IMG/VR virus record: IMGVR_UViG_3300031418_000004
Direction: 5' to 3' (one strand)
DNA length: 64,000 nucleotides
From: a virus
The notes beneath the pieces are model-generated. The model did no database searches and was not told the DNA's origin. It saw only the letters and a program-made list of their open reading frames with translations. Every line of letters begins with the position of its first letter. Position 1 is the stretch's first letter. Of the stretch, positions 42,882 to 52,390 are shown piece after piece. The position numbers and the translations under genes are program-made.

Positions 42882-43807
42882 TAGATGCTCCTGTTACTAA
42901 AACGGATCTTTGGACAATAAAGAATATTGTCGTTATCCGGAACAAGCGTACGCAGCGTAAACGGTTTTGCGTTTCCATCGTCGCCATGTCCAACAGTTTC
43001 TGCAAAGTAAGGAATCAAAGGACTATGCTCAAAGTCTCCTGCTACTCGCGTGTTGGTGTGCGCAATAACAATCCATCCCGGAACCTGTAGAGGCGCATTG
43101 GTATAAGGCTGACTGTCACTGACCAAAGTGATTGGCCCGATAGTCATTGGCGGCACTGCATAGATTCGAAAACGTTTTGCAGTTTGTGGATTCGAAGCAA
43201 TATAAAGAGTTGGATCGCCGGATACCGTTGACCAAGTTCCCAAACTTGTTTCGACTCCGCTATCATCAATCGCATTCACAGCAAACGCCATTGATAATCC
43301 ATTGCGTACAATGTGCGTAAGTTTTACTGCCGTATCAAACTCAACGGTGATGCTTCCGCTTCCGAAAGTCTCAGCACGAAACTGACAATCAGCAAGAGAG
43401 TTACCTGCAAGCAGTTGCGTTACGCTGCGTTTGGAATCCGCATCTTCCACAATTCGATCCGGAGTAAGTGCGCGAAAGTTTACGCCCCACTGACGTTTTA
43501 AAAACGTCGAACCTTTATAGTAAAAATTTGCTTGCGGAATCATGTGAACAATATTGCCGCTACTGATCGTAGTAACAAGCCCACGCGCTACGCCAACACA
43601 CTTGTTATAAAGATCTGCAAGCGAGTCCTGCTTAAAGATTTTCGCAATGTCTGCTTCGGTAGAAGGTAAACTTCCCGGCATTAAAAAGCCTGTCCATCCG
43701 CTGCCGCTGAATGGATGACGTGTGTAAGTATTTTCCGCACCCGTATAAACCGTGGCGCGGTGCCCAATCATTGACTGTGCGCGAATGTGCGTATCAATTA
43801 TTTTCAT
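42881..43807 (-). CDS. paralog family member with discoidin-like segment (P6)
   Basis: GFLMPGSLPSTE. PQTAKRFRIYAV. C-terminal AETVGHGDDGNAKPFTLRTLV. Confidence 0.5.
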   Translation of the reverse strand: MKIIDTHIRAQSMIGHRATVYTGAENTYTRHPFSGSGWTGFLMPGSLPSTEADIAKIFKQDSLADLYNKCVGVARGLVTTISSGNIVHMIPQANFYYKGSTFLKRQWGVNFRALTPDRIVEDADSKRSVTQLLAGNSLADCQFRAETFGSGSITVEFDTAVKLTHIVRNGLSMAFAVNAIDDSGVETSLGTWSTVSGDPTLYIASNPQTAKRFRIYAVPPMTIGPITLVSDSQPYTNAPLQVPGWIVIAHTNTRVAGDFEHSPLIPYFAETVGHGDDGNAKPFTLRTLVPDNDNILYCPKIRFSNRSI

Positions 43808-44277
43808 TAGCCTACGTTGCCTCCAACCGGAATAAACGCGTAGTCAGTTTCTTTTACGCTGATTGCTGTAACCAAGAAATCAACGATTGGATTGTCCTGA
43901 GCTACATATCCGATTCCATTTGCTTTTGGTGTAAACGGTGCCGAGCTATCGTACGTTGCGTCGAGGTCTGTTGCTTCCGCAGCGCTGCTAGTGCCAACTG
44001 GAAAGTCAAAAACTTTTTGCCATTGAGTACGCGCATACTGTTGGTTATCCGGATAGATGTTTTTGTTCTGAGTCTGAACACGAACAGGTAAAAGATAGCC
44101 AGTAAACTGATCTGGCAAATACACATAACCACTGCGCGATACGGCTTTAAAGCCGATGATCATTTTTGCTTTATCGTCGTTGGGATAAATCTTTGTTATC
44201 TTTCCGTCAAACGTACTCCAGACTAATCCGTTCTTGATAAAGTAACCAGCGTCATAGGCAGGAATGTTGATGATCAT
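43807..44277 (-). CDS. structural-module hypothetical protein (P7)
   Basis: 156 aa. SD AGGAG. Confidence 0.5.
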   Translation of the reverse strand: MIINIPAYDAGYFIKNGLVWSTFDGKITKIYPNDDKAKMIIGFKAVSRSGYVYLPDQFTGYLLPVRVQTQNKNIYPDNQQYARTQWQKVFDFPVGTSSAAEATDLDATYDSSAPFTPKANGIGYVAQDNPIVDFLVTAISVKETDYAFIPVGGNVG

Positions 44278-44290
44278 TTATTTCTCCTGC

Positions 44291-45307
44291 TTAAAGTTTG
44301 GTGATTGAAAGAGTGCCGAGGTTATAGAAAATCCCTCGCGCATCGCCACGCCACTGACCAAAACGAGAAAGCATGATGCGACTCAAATCAAACACAAGAT
44401 TGTAGGTGATTGGATTCGCAAAAGCTGTATCGTCCATCGCATAAAGCAACACTTCGGTTGTGTCGTTGTAGAGTTTCAAAACTCCATTCACACGTTTCAC
44501 AGCAACTTTTGTCCAAACAATATCTTTTGTAGTGAACAGTTCATTCGAGTTTGTTTGAGCGCGTGACACAAGTAGCCGTGCAGTTTTAGGAGTGTTGTTG
44601 TATTTGTTAAACTCAACAGTCAGTCCATCAGACGGCTGTCCATTACTGCCAATCTCGCTTGTTGCTACAAACAAGCCTTGCGACGTAATGTTGTTGTTTC
44701 CAGTACCAAACGACAAAGTGAAATCCAACTGAAAATCTTTCAAACCGATCTGGCGAACCACCTGCAATTTTGTATCATCAAGAGCGCGATACATATTGGT
44801 GCCGGTTGATCCAACGTTGATTGCAGGCACTGTGATTTGTGAAATGTTCATCTGTGCAATGTCCGTTAGCTGCAATGCGAAACCGCTAACAGTTACCACA
44901 CTTCCCTCGCCTGTCAGATCAACTTCAACGCCACTTGTTTTGTTAAGCAGACTAACATCGGTTCCAATCTTAAACACAAAAGGAACAATGCCACCTAAAA
45001 CCAAGTGAGTTGGAATGCCGACTTTGTTGCAACTGATATTGCACTTTGAAAACTGGAGAATGTTTCCTACCAATGTTCTTGTGCAATCGTTCCCGGTGCC
45101 AAGCAAGGTTCCGGTATCCGCAGGAAGACGTGTTGTATCAAAATAGAAACCACCACCGCTAGGACGATTGTTCAAACACGTCAAAAGATCTTTCTCAGTT
45201 TTGCCGTCACGCAAAGCAATAACATAAGCTGCTTTGTCGTCACTCGCAGAACTTAACAGGCGTGAAATTTGAGGAAGCAAACTCACGTCAAAAACTTTAT
45301 AGTCCAC
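44291..45307 (-). CDS. structural-module protein with LamG/ConA-like C-terminal region (P8); GTG start
   Basis: GTG 45307 lies 10 nt after the upstream stop and is preceded by GAGGAA. The track start at 45385 would overlap by 68 nt. The beta-rich C-terminus includes VAVKRVNGVLKLYND. Confidence 0.5.
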   Translation of the reverse strand: MDYKVFDVSLLPQISRLLSSASDDKAAYVIALRDGKTEKDLLTCLNNRPSGGGFYFDTTRLPADTGTLLGTGNDCTRTLVGNILQFSKCNISCNKVGIPTHLVLGGIVPFVFKIGTDVSLLNKTSGVEVDLTGEGSVVTVSGFALQLTDIAQMNISQITVPAINVGSTGTNMYRALDDTKLQVVRQIGLKDFQLDFTLSFGTGNNNITSQGLFVATSEIGSNGQPSDGLTVEFNKYNNTPKTARLLVSRAQTNSNELFTTKDIVWTKVAVKRVNGVLKLYNDTTEVLLYAMDDTAFANPITYNLVFDLSRIMLSRFGQWRGDARGIFYNLGTLSITKL

Positions 45308-45317
45308 GTTATTTTCC

Positions 45318-46889
45318 TCACGCCGCCTGAATAAGCTGATAGTTTCTGATAGTAGCGATAGCCGAAGTTGTTGAATCGTACGCACCTTTAACTGTCAGAA
45401 GTGTTTTGGTTATCGGCAGAACTTTATAAACAAACGAGTCGATAACTTTACCGTCAACCGAAATTGTGTGCGTTGCCTTATCTGCATCGTAAACATATTT
45501 GAATTTCACAAACGTTGTTGTACGCAAAGCACTATACAAACTCCACGCTCTTTGAACTTTACTGGACTGTTGATTGTTCCAGATAAGCAGGCCCGTTTCA
45601 TTGCTACGGTCAAGCGAGATAATAAAGCGGTCACTAAATGCAGTGGCTGTTTGCAGAATCAAAAACTCACAATCACGATCCGTTACATCCTGCTTGTAGT
45701 CAAACTGGATTGAAAAACTTTTTGTAGGATCAAAAGTATGATTCGCACCTTGAACTTCGATTGAACTTCCCTTTGTTCCTTTGATTGCGTTGTCACTTTG
45801 CTGCGCCCATCCGGTAAACGTGAATGGAGTTCCAAACGCATCTTTGCTAGGACTCGCGCCAAAGTAACTTGCAGAAAACGCCAGCTTAGCATTAGGATCA
45901 ACCCAAAGAGGCAAGCCATTATTTGCAATCAGTTCTGTGCTTGTGCGTACCTGAACAACTTCCGCAAACTCACCAGTGGAAATATTCAAACTTTCCAGTT
46001 CGATCAATTCACCACTATTTTTCGCACCAACTTTTGTCGCCATAAAACGAATGTCGTGTGTGCCAATTGCCTGAGCACCAAAGTTGCTATCCGGAATAAG
46101 CAGAATCGCATAGCCAATTGTTTTGGTAACTTTCGCTGTACTCACATCGCCCATTGTTGCAGGCAATACACGACGAACACTGTTAGCGTTTCCAGTTACG
46201 CGCAAAATATCTGTGTTGATTGTGCCGCCTGCTCTGTTTGTGTCGAGGTTTGCCGGAACAGTCAGAGTTGTTTGAGTACCTATTGAATTTGTGCCGCCCG
46301 TGCCTTGTGCTGCAATCAGAAGCGTTGCTGCCGTTGAACGATCATAGCTGTCTGCTAATACCGCATCAAAAGTAATTGCACGTCCGAAATCTAAATCAGC
46401 AACGTTTGCAATTTGTGATGTAGTGTTGCCTACAAAATCATAAAGCTGACGCAAAGTTCCAACAGGAAAGCCGGGATACAAACCCATGCTGATATGCTGC
46501 TTCATTTTGCTGTTGCCTGTTGGAAGGTCTACAGCGTAAGCGGCATCAACATCAAGTGCGCTGCTACTTGCAGTTGTGCGACGTGGAAGAATGCTGCGCG
46601 GATAGTGAATTGTTACGCCCATCTTAGGATCGTAAACACTTCCCGCAACTGCTTTCCATCCGTACGAATGCGCCTGCAAGAACGACAAGCCTTCTGTTGT
46701 TGGTTGCAAAACAATTCGAGAAGCCGCAACAGAATCGCCAACAAGTTTGCGATGATCCTGAAAGTATGCGGTCAAGTCGGACGGCATATCACCCTCAAAG
46801 AAATACGCTTCGACTTCGATTCCTGTTGACCATGTTCCCGGCAACTGTGCGACAGAAAAAGGCAAAAGGTTAGAACCTAAAAGACGCAT
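45318..46889 (-). CDS. paralog family member, long form with LamG/ConA-like C-terminal domain (P9)
   Basis: EAYFFEGDMPSDL at the N-terminus. C-terminal FSIQFDYKQ...FLILQ...FIISLDR...FKYVYDADKATHTISVDGKV. Confidence 0.55.
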   Translation of the reverse strand: MRLLGSNLLPFSVAQLPGTWSTGIEVEAYFFEGDMPSDLTAYFQDHRKLVGDSVAASRIVLQPTTEGLSFLQAHSYGWKAVAGSVYDPKMGVTIHYPRSILPRRTTASSSALDVDAAYAVDLPTGNSKMKQHISMGLYPGFPVGTLRQLYDFVGNTTSQIANVADLDFGRAITFDAVLADSYDRSTAATLLIAAQGTGGTNSIGTQTTLTVPANLDTNRAGGTINTDILRVTGNANSVRRVLPATMGDVSTAKVTKTIGYAILLIPDSNFGAQAIGTHDIRFMATKVGAKNSGELIELESLNISTGEFAEVVQVRTSTELIANNGLPLWVDPNAKLAFSASYFGASPSKDAFGTPFTFTGWAQQSDNAIKGTKGSSIEVQGANHTFDPTKSFSIQFDYKQDVTDRDCEFLILQTATAFSDRFIISLDRSNETGLLIWNNQQSSKVQRAWSLYSALRTTTFVKFKYVYDADKATHTISVDGKVIDSFVYKVLPITKTLLTVKGAYDSTTSAIATIRNYQLIQAA

Positions 46890-47389
46890 TAGAATTCTCC
46901 TGATACGCGGTTAACAGTTGCGATAAAGTTTCCGTTGCGAATATTGCTTTCGCTTAGAATCAAATCTGCGCCACTGCCTTTTGCGCCAATAGACAGAACC
47001 AGAAAACCACCGTACGGCGTGTTGTTGATTGCTGTGTTGATCACGATGCAGTTATAAAGCGCGAGAAGGTTATCAAGTGTGCCTGCGTTAAATACACCTT
47101 TCAACTGAGCGCGTACACGGAACTTTAGTTTGTTGGTTCCGGTATTCAGCCAGCTAATAGGCATTACGTTGTTTACTGTAAGCAGCGTAAGAGAAGCAGT
47201 TACGCCAATTGCAGCAAGAGAAGTTCCCTCAGTCAAAACAATGTTTGCAGGATCAGGAACTTTGCAAAGCGCCGCTGTGTGAAGAATGTTTTCCAATCCG
47301 TATTTGATTGGCGGCTCATTCGGATCACGCTTACCCGCATCAGGAACAGGAACGTTCGACTGATTTGCGAGGATACGAATTATTTCCAC
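46889..47389 (-). CDS. paralog family member (P10); GTG start
   Basis: C-terminal LSIGAKGSGADLILSESNI. GGAG lies 7 nt upstream of the GTG. Confidence 0.5.
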   Translation of the reverse strand: MEIIRILANQSNVPVPDAGKRDPNEPPIKYGLENILHTAALCKVPDPANIVLTEGTSLAAIGVTASLTLLTVNNVMPISWLNTGTNKLKFRVRAQLKGVFNAGTLDNLLALYNCIVINTAINNTPYGGFLVLSIGAKGSGADLILSESNIRNGNFIATVNRVSGEF

Positions 47390-47443
47390 GGTTTTTCTCC
47401 TTTGTTTTATTTAAATTAGACACAACAGCAGCAAGAGAAAAAA

Positions 47444-48535
47444 TTACATATCAAGAATTGTTTGCACAAAAGGCAATGGCGTATTGAGCGACACCGTTGG
47501 GTAATCGCCGGGAAGATTGCTGCCAGATTGCGTTAAGTCAGTTACGAAATCACGAATCACAATGTTATCTTTTTCCAGATCGCGATAGGCAATCACAGAG
47601 AAACCTAACTCAACTGTTTCGTCTGTTCCATTACTCTCAACATAAGGCGCTTTTGAAATTGGCGTTGCTGTTACTGTACCTATGATTTCAGGCGATCCTA
47701 TATAGTAGGAAGAAGAGGAACCCGTTCCGCTATCGTTGAAGTTATAAAGTTGAGAAGGACGAATCAAACCGATACCGGGTACATTACTTATTTCGCCAAA
47801 CTTTACGGTAACATTTCCTGCGCCTATACTGCTATAAGAATAACCTCCAAGTGATGAAACTTTTTTCTGTGTTGTATCAAACAAAAGCTGTCCAAGTGCG
47901 GTAGTGTATTGATAACTTCGCGTTGCAGTATACCAACCACCGTACGGCGGGTTATATTGTTTTTGATACGAAGAAGAAGAATAAGAAGAAGTTGATTGAG
48001 CGGCGCTTGTGTTAAAATCCATAACGGTAGCGGAATTAGTTATTGTTTTTACGCGCTTTGGATAAAGAACAAGTTTATATCCGTATCCATTTGTTTTGGT
48101 ACTGAAAGCAACCGTACTTCTTTTATCGGGATCTGAAAGCGAAACAATACTCGCGTCTAAGAACGAGTAATCCCCGGAAGATATTGTTCCAGATTTTTGC
48201 TGATTGCTTTTAACGCAACCAAACTGATAGAACATGTTTGCAATCGCAGTGCCTGTAGTAAATCCGCCTGCGTTGTTGCTTACTTCCAGCGTCCTGCCTC
48301 CACCCACCGTTATACTGGCAAGATAGAGTTTATTGTTTCTGTATCCAGCAAGTGCGCTACAAGTTAAGTCGCTGCCATTCAGATCCACGGCAATTGATCG
48401 AGCTTCTGAAATAATATCTAAAAACGATTGCGCGTCTGTTGGTTTGGGCGTGTTATTGTCGAAAAGGTATTGAATGCTGTCGCAAGCGGCGCGTTCGTTT
48501 TTATATTTTAAAGCACCTACGCTGCAAAATTTCAT
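47444..48535 (-). CDS. structural-module protein, Ser/Tyr-rich (P11), first gene after the fibre terminator
   Basis: 363 aa. SD GGAGA. YLFDNNTPKPTDAQSF near the N-terminus. Contains SSYSSSSYQKQYNPPYGGWY. Confidence 0.5.
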   Translation of the reverse strand: MKFCSVGALKYKNERAACDSIQYLFDNNTPKPTDAQSFLDIISEARSIAVDLNGSDLTCSALAGYRNNKLYLASITVGGGRTLEVSNNAGGFTTGTAIANMFYQFGCVKSNQQKSGTISSGDYSFLDASIVSLSDPDKRSTVAFSTKTNGYGYKLVLYPKRVKTITNSATVMDFNTSAAQSTSSYSSSSYQKQYNPPYGGWYTATRSYQYTTALGQLLFDTTQKKVSSLGGYSYSSIGAGNVTVKFGEISNVPGIGLIRPSQLYNFNDSGTGSSSSYYIGSPEIIGTVTATPISKAPYVESNGTDETVELGFSVIAYRDLEKDNIVIRDFVTDLTQSGSNLPGDYPTVSLNTPLPFVQTILDM

Positions 48536-48550
48536 ATTTTTCTCCAGAGA

Positions 48551-48579
48551 AATAAAAAAGGGAAGGCCGAAGCCCTCCC
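48551..48579 (-). terminator. rho-independent terminator after the tail fibre gene
   Basis: The minus-strand RNA reads GGGAGGGC-UUCG-GCCUUCCC followed by UUUUUUAUUU. Confidence 0.8.
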
Positions 48580-48590
48580 ATTTAAATTAC

Positions 48591-50771
48591 TTACCAAGCA
48601 CTATCAAGCTGCGCCTGAGTAAACGGAGCTTTCTTCGTGTTGACCGCAGAAGTAGAATCCAGAATACCCATCCCAATATAGGCAACGAATACACGGCCTG
48701 AACTCATTGTAACTTTTGCGCTTACTGCGAACGTGTAGTTGTTACCGCCCAGCGAAACAACAGCAACACTTGAATCGAGAATTACGTTTGCACGTAAGCC
48801 ATCGAAAGAAGGTGCGATTGTAACTTTGGAAGTATCAACCTTGTCACGGTTTTGCGTGTTATGCACAACGTTCCATTCAACTTTGGAAATTGTTTCATCC
48901 GCAGCGAATTTGTTTGCAGCAAGACCGGCAGTAGTATGCAGAACGTTACCCGATGGATCACACAGAGACACACCGTGAGTTTCGCCCGGCTTAACCCAAG
49001 TCTGCACAACTTTCATTGATGCAGAATAAGAGGTATCATCGCGACGGCCCGCAGTTAACATCGGAGTCAGATCCGGCAGGTTGTAGTTCAGCGTTACAAC
49101 TTCGGTTGAACTATCCTGTTTGGTAATTGTTGCAGTAACAGTACCAGCAGCAGGCAGAGTAGGAGTTCCAGAAGTTTTGTATGCAGTGATAACAAAACTT
49201 TTGATAGTTGGATTCTTCCAGTTACCAAACTGAGCACTAACATCTGCACCTGACCAATCAACAGATTTAACAGTTGAAGGATCTTTAGCAACAAGCAGGA
49301 ACGTAATGCTTGCGGTTGAATCTTGCTGGTTCAGACCATAGAACAGTTCATAGTCCGGCTGAACAGGAGTAGTGCCGCCGCCATTACCGCCAGTTTCAGG
49401 AGCAACATATTTGTTTGCACCAGTAACAAACACGATAACAACTTTCATCGCTTCCGGCAGATCGATAGTCAGATTGTTTTCGTCAGTCAGAGTAACTTCG
49501 CTAGGCATGATCTGTTTGCCGTCTGCGTCGTAAACTGTAACTGTACCAAAACGAATACCTGCGTTGTGTGCAAACGTGTAGCTGGTTTCCGCAGTAACAT
49601 CGTTGCCTGTCATATCCAGAACGTACGCCTGCGAACCGTTACCGCTTGCGTTATCCAGAACAAACTTACGAGTTGCAACAGCGCCGTCAACTTCCTGAAC
49701 ATCGCCAGTAAGAATAAGGCTTGCAACTTCACCGCCGTCTGCGTCGATAAAACCAGCCGCTTTAACAGCAGTAGTATCAAGTTCGATTGCGCTTGAAGTT
49801 GTGTTGCGTTTCAGGCCAGTGCCAAATGCAGCAGAAGCAAGCTGAGCAAAACCGACGCCGCCATCAGCAACTTTAACGCCATCAGCAGACAGTGCCAGAC
49901 TTGCGCCATTCAGTTTCAGACTAACGCCATCAGCGCCAACAGAAACGCCGCCAGCAGCATCAACTTTAACTGAAAGTTCGTTGCCATTCAGATTCAGACC
50001 TGCGCCATTTGTTACGCTTGCCATACCGCCAAACACAGACCATGAAGTGCCGTTGTAACGAACGTACTGTTTGGTTGCGTGGTTCCAAGCAATCGCGCCA
50101 TCAGCACGATCCGCAGCAGGATCAAAAACAATTACGAAAGCGCTGTCTTTGTACTGCACGATTGCGTTGTTCGCAACAGATGCGATGGTTCCGAAATCTG
50201 CGTGAAGATTTGCAACGTCAGTCAGAACATAACGCTTACCAGAAACTTTTTCCGGCTGCATTGTTGCATCAGTCTGAACGCCATCAACATCTTCTTGCCA
50301 GTTCATACCAGCCAGTGCGTTTTCAATATCGATCTTACGCGCTGCATCAGTACCGTTAACAGGCGCTGCCAGATTTGAAATACCAAAACCGCCAGCAGAA
50401 AGATCCGCAGTCAGTGCGCCAGAAGCAACAGTCAGTTTTTTCGCAAGCTGAGTATCAACGTGACCTTTACTTACCGCTGCTTTAGAATCCGCAGCAGACT
50501 GATCATCAGAACTCAGTTCCAGCGCAGCAGTCATCGCAACAGAGCCATCAGCTTTTACCAGACCAGAAAGATCTGGAGCTTCACCGCCGCCGTTCAGAGC
50601 AATGATTGATGAACCATTGAAGTATTTATAAACTTTGTCTGTGGTGTTATACCACATGACGGCTTCTTGTGCGGCAACAAGTGAGGCCAGTGAAGGATCG
50701 GATGCAAGCTGCTCACCACGAAGGTTTGCGATTACTGCACCAGTCATTAACTTAATATTGCCAACTTTCAT
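48591..50771 (-). CDS. tail fibre protein
   Basis: 726 aa. The N-terminal part carries fibre-typical phrases: KADGSVAMTAALEL, AAVSKGHVDTQL and GTDAARKIDIENAL. Gly/Ala/Val repeats such as GLNLNGNELSVKVDAAGGVSVGADGVSLKLNGASLALSADGVKV. Thr/Val-rich, beta-rich distal part. Confidence 0.7.
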   Translation of the reverse strand: MKVGNIKLMTGAVIANLRGEQLASDPSLASLVAAQEAVMWYNTTDKVYKYFNGSSIIALNGGGEAPDLSGLVKADGSVAMTAALELSSDDQSAADSKAAVSKGHVDTQLAKKLTVASGALTADLSAGGFGISNLAAPVNGTDAARKIDIENALAGMNWQEDVDGVQTDATMQPEKVSGKRYVLTDVANLHADFGTIASVANNAIVQYKDSAFVIVFDPAADRADGAIAWNHATKQYVRYNGTSWSVFGGMASVTNGAGLNLNGNELSVKVDAAGGVSVGADGVSLKLNGASLALSADGVKVADGGVGFAQLASAAFGTGLKRNTTSSAIELDTTAVKAAGFIDADGGEVASLILTGDVQEVDGAVATRKFVLDNASGNGSQAYVLDMTGNDVTAETSYTFAHNAGIRFGTVTVYDADGKQIMPSEVTLTDENNLTIDLPEAMKVVIVFVTGANKYVAPETGGNGGGTTPVQPDYELFYGLNQQDSTASITFLLVAKDPSTVKSVDWSGADVSAQFGNWKNPTIKSFVITAYKTSGTPTLPAAGTVTATITKQDSSTEVVTLNYNLPDLTPMLTAGRRDDTSYSASMKVVQTWVKPGETHGVSLCDPSGNVLHTTAGLAANKFAADETISKVEWNVVHNTQNRDKVDTSKVTIAPSFDGLRANVILDSSVAVVSLGGNNYTFAVSAKVTMSSGRVFVAYIGMGILDSTSAVNTKKAPFTQAQLDSAW

Positions 50772-50844
50772 TTACTTTCTCCGGTTTGTGCTGTTTAAAA
50801 AATTTTATTCGGTCAAATCAACTCAGTAACGAAATAAAATAAGA

Positions 50845-51594
50845 CTAAAAGAAATTAGAATCACATTGGTCTAACGAACAACGTAACTTTTCATACGCGC
50901 TTTTTCGTAAATCGTAAGAGCACACGTATTTGTCGTCGAGCATATACTTAGCTCGCATTTTAACGTTAGGGCAATATGCCAGCAAACCATGCTTGCTGTA
51001 TACTGTCCAACGAGTAACAGGGTTGGTGGCTTGATCGATCTCCATAACCGTGAGATCAAGTTTATCCACGTAAACGAACGGACGCTCACGTTTTACAATT
51101 AGGTAATCCATTTCGTGTAGATTAAACATGGTATGGCCCATGTACCCAATTGTGAAATCTGTGATGAGACGAAACGCTTCTTCCTTGTTTGGACTTAGGC
51201 GTAAACTAAAAGCGTTTACGATTCCCGCCAAACTTTGTGTTCTCATTTCTATCCAAGCATTCGTGAAACTTGCATCAAAATCATCCGGATTTTCGAGCAT
51301 CAGTTCATGCACAAAAGTTTCCATTCCGATGAAAGTTTCAATGATCAGCTTTCCGTTTTCATCTGTTGGTGCCGCTCCCGTTCCACTACGGATAAAGAGA
51401 CGCTCAACTTCCTGTAGCCAATCGGTTGCAGACGCGAAGTATTGAAGTAAAGTCTCTCGCGCCTGCGCCGTAAACTGGTGCCGATTAGTTTCAAGAATTT
51501 CCGAAAGCATGAACGCTTTAGCTTTATAAAAATCTGCATATCGTTCCGCAGTATACCTCCGGAACTCAATGTTGTTTTTCAAAAAGCCTTTCAT
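50845..51594 (-). CDS. hypothetical protein; its position upstream of the fibre gene allows an assembly or chaperone role
   Basis: 249-aa ORF. No motif. Confidence 0.5.
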   Translation of the reverse strand: MKGFLKNNIEFRRYTAERYADFYKAKAFMLSEILETNRHQFTAQARETLLQYFASATDWLQEVERLFIRSGTGAAPTDENGKLIIETFIGMETFVHELMLENPDDFDASFTNAWIEMRTQSLAGIVNAFSLRLSPNKEEAFRLITDFTIGYMGHTMFNLHEMDYLIVKRERPFVYVDKLDLTVMEIDQATNPVTRWTVYSKHGLLAYCPNVKMRAKYMLDDKYVCSYDLRKSAYEKLRCSLDQCDSNFF

Positions 51595-52079
51595 CGCAAA
51601 CTCCTGAGATCGCCTAGACGGTCATCGTCGTGCGCTCCTGTTGAAGAATAAACCGCAGCAGAAAGTGTGTGTAACTTCTGCCGCACCGCTGCAATTTCCG
51701 TATGCAAGTCGTTCACGGCTGACATTAAATCGCGAACGACACCAGTTGTAAACTGAGTATCGCGTCCAAGCGCATTCAGAGATCGTTCTAGTTCGTGGGT
51801 TGCCCTTAGAACATCGCTCAACATCTTCGCAGCGCCAGAGTCCGGACTTTCTTCGATTATTTTATTTACCAGTGCTTTAACTTCTTCCAGACCGTCAGTT
51901 ACATCAGACGATGTGAAAGTTCCCTCGGCCTCTTTTCTTTTATATTCTTTAAGCTGTTCCATTGCTGGAATCACCTTGAAATAATAAAATGCGCTGGCTA
52001 CAACAAGCCCAGCGCAAGCAAAGATGGTCGGCGTATTAGATCCCATGATCTGACCAAGAAACTCGAACAATGCGCCCAT
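51591..52079 (-). CDS. membrane-anchored helical protein
   Basis: N-terminal PTIFACAGLVVASAFYYF helix followed by helical repeats. 162 aa. Confidence 0.5.
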   Translation of the reverse strand: MGALFEFLGQIMGSNTPTIFACAGLVVASAFYYFKVIPAMEQLKEYKRKEAEGTFTSSDVTDGLEEVKALVNKIIEESPDSGAAKMLSDVLRATHELERSLNALGRDTQFTTGVVRDLMSAVNDLHTEIAAVRQKLHTLSAAVYSSTGAHDDDRLGDLRSLR

Positions 52080-52080
52080 C

Positions 52081-52356
52081 TTATTTTCCTTTGCAAGTAT
52101 TGTTCAAACTAACTACAAAACGAACTGCGCCAGAATTTACATCCGTGGTTTGAATCACTCGCGCTACTCTAGGCGGGAACTCAATGCAGTTGCCTAAAGT
52201 GTTATCAGAAACACATACGGCAGAAACGCAACTCACAATTTCGTCGCCAACTACGTTGCTCGGCGCATAAGATTTTTTGCTTGTTGAGAAAGCGAGTAAC
52301 AAGACAAATCCTACAAACAAAACGATGAGTAGCTTCGCCATTTTAGAACCGGTCAT
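52081..52356 (-). CDS. small secreted or membrane-anchored protein
   Basis: ATG 52356 lies 7 nt after GGAGA; the track start at 52413 would overlap the upstream gene. Signal-like MAKLLIVLFVGFVLLLAFS. Confidence 0.5.
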   Translation of the reverse strand: MTGSKMAKLLIVLFVGFVLLLAFSTSKKSYAPSNVVGDEIVSCVSAVCVSDNTLGNCIEFPPRVARVIQTTDVNSGAVRFVVSLNNTCKGK

Positions 52357-52390
52357 TGCTACTCTCCTTCGAAACTTTCTTGTGTTTAAA

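Noticed and set aside
50772-50844. Possible sigma70 promoter upstream of the 726-aa fibre gene (TTGATT-N17-TTAAAC on the - strand)
   Set aside because: The -10 candidate matches only 3 of 6 positions and no other boundary shows a similar element. That is too weak to annotate.
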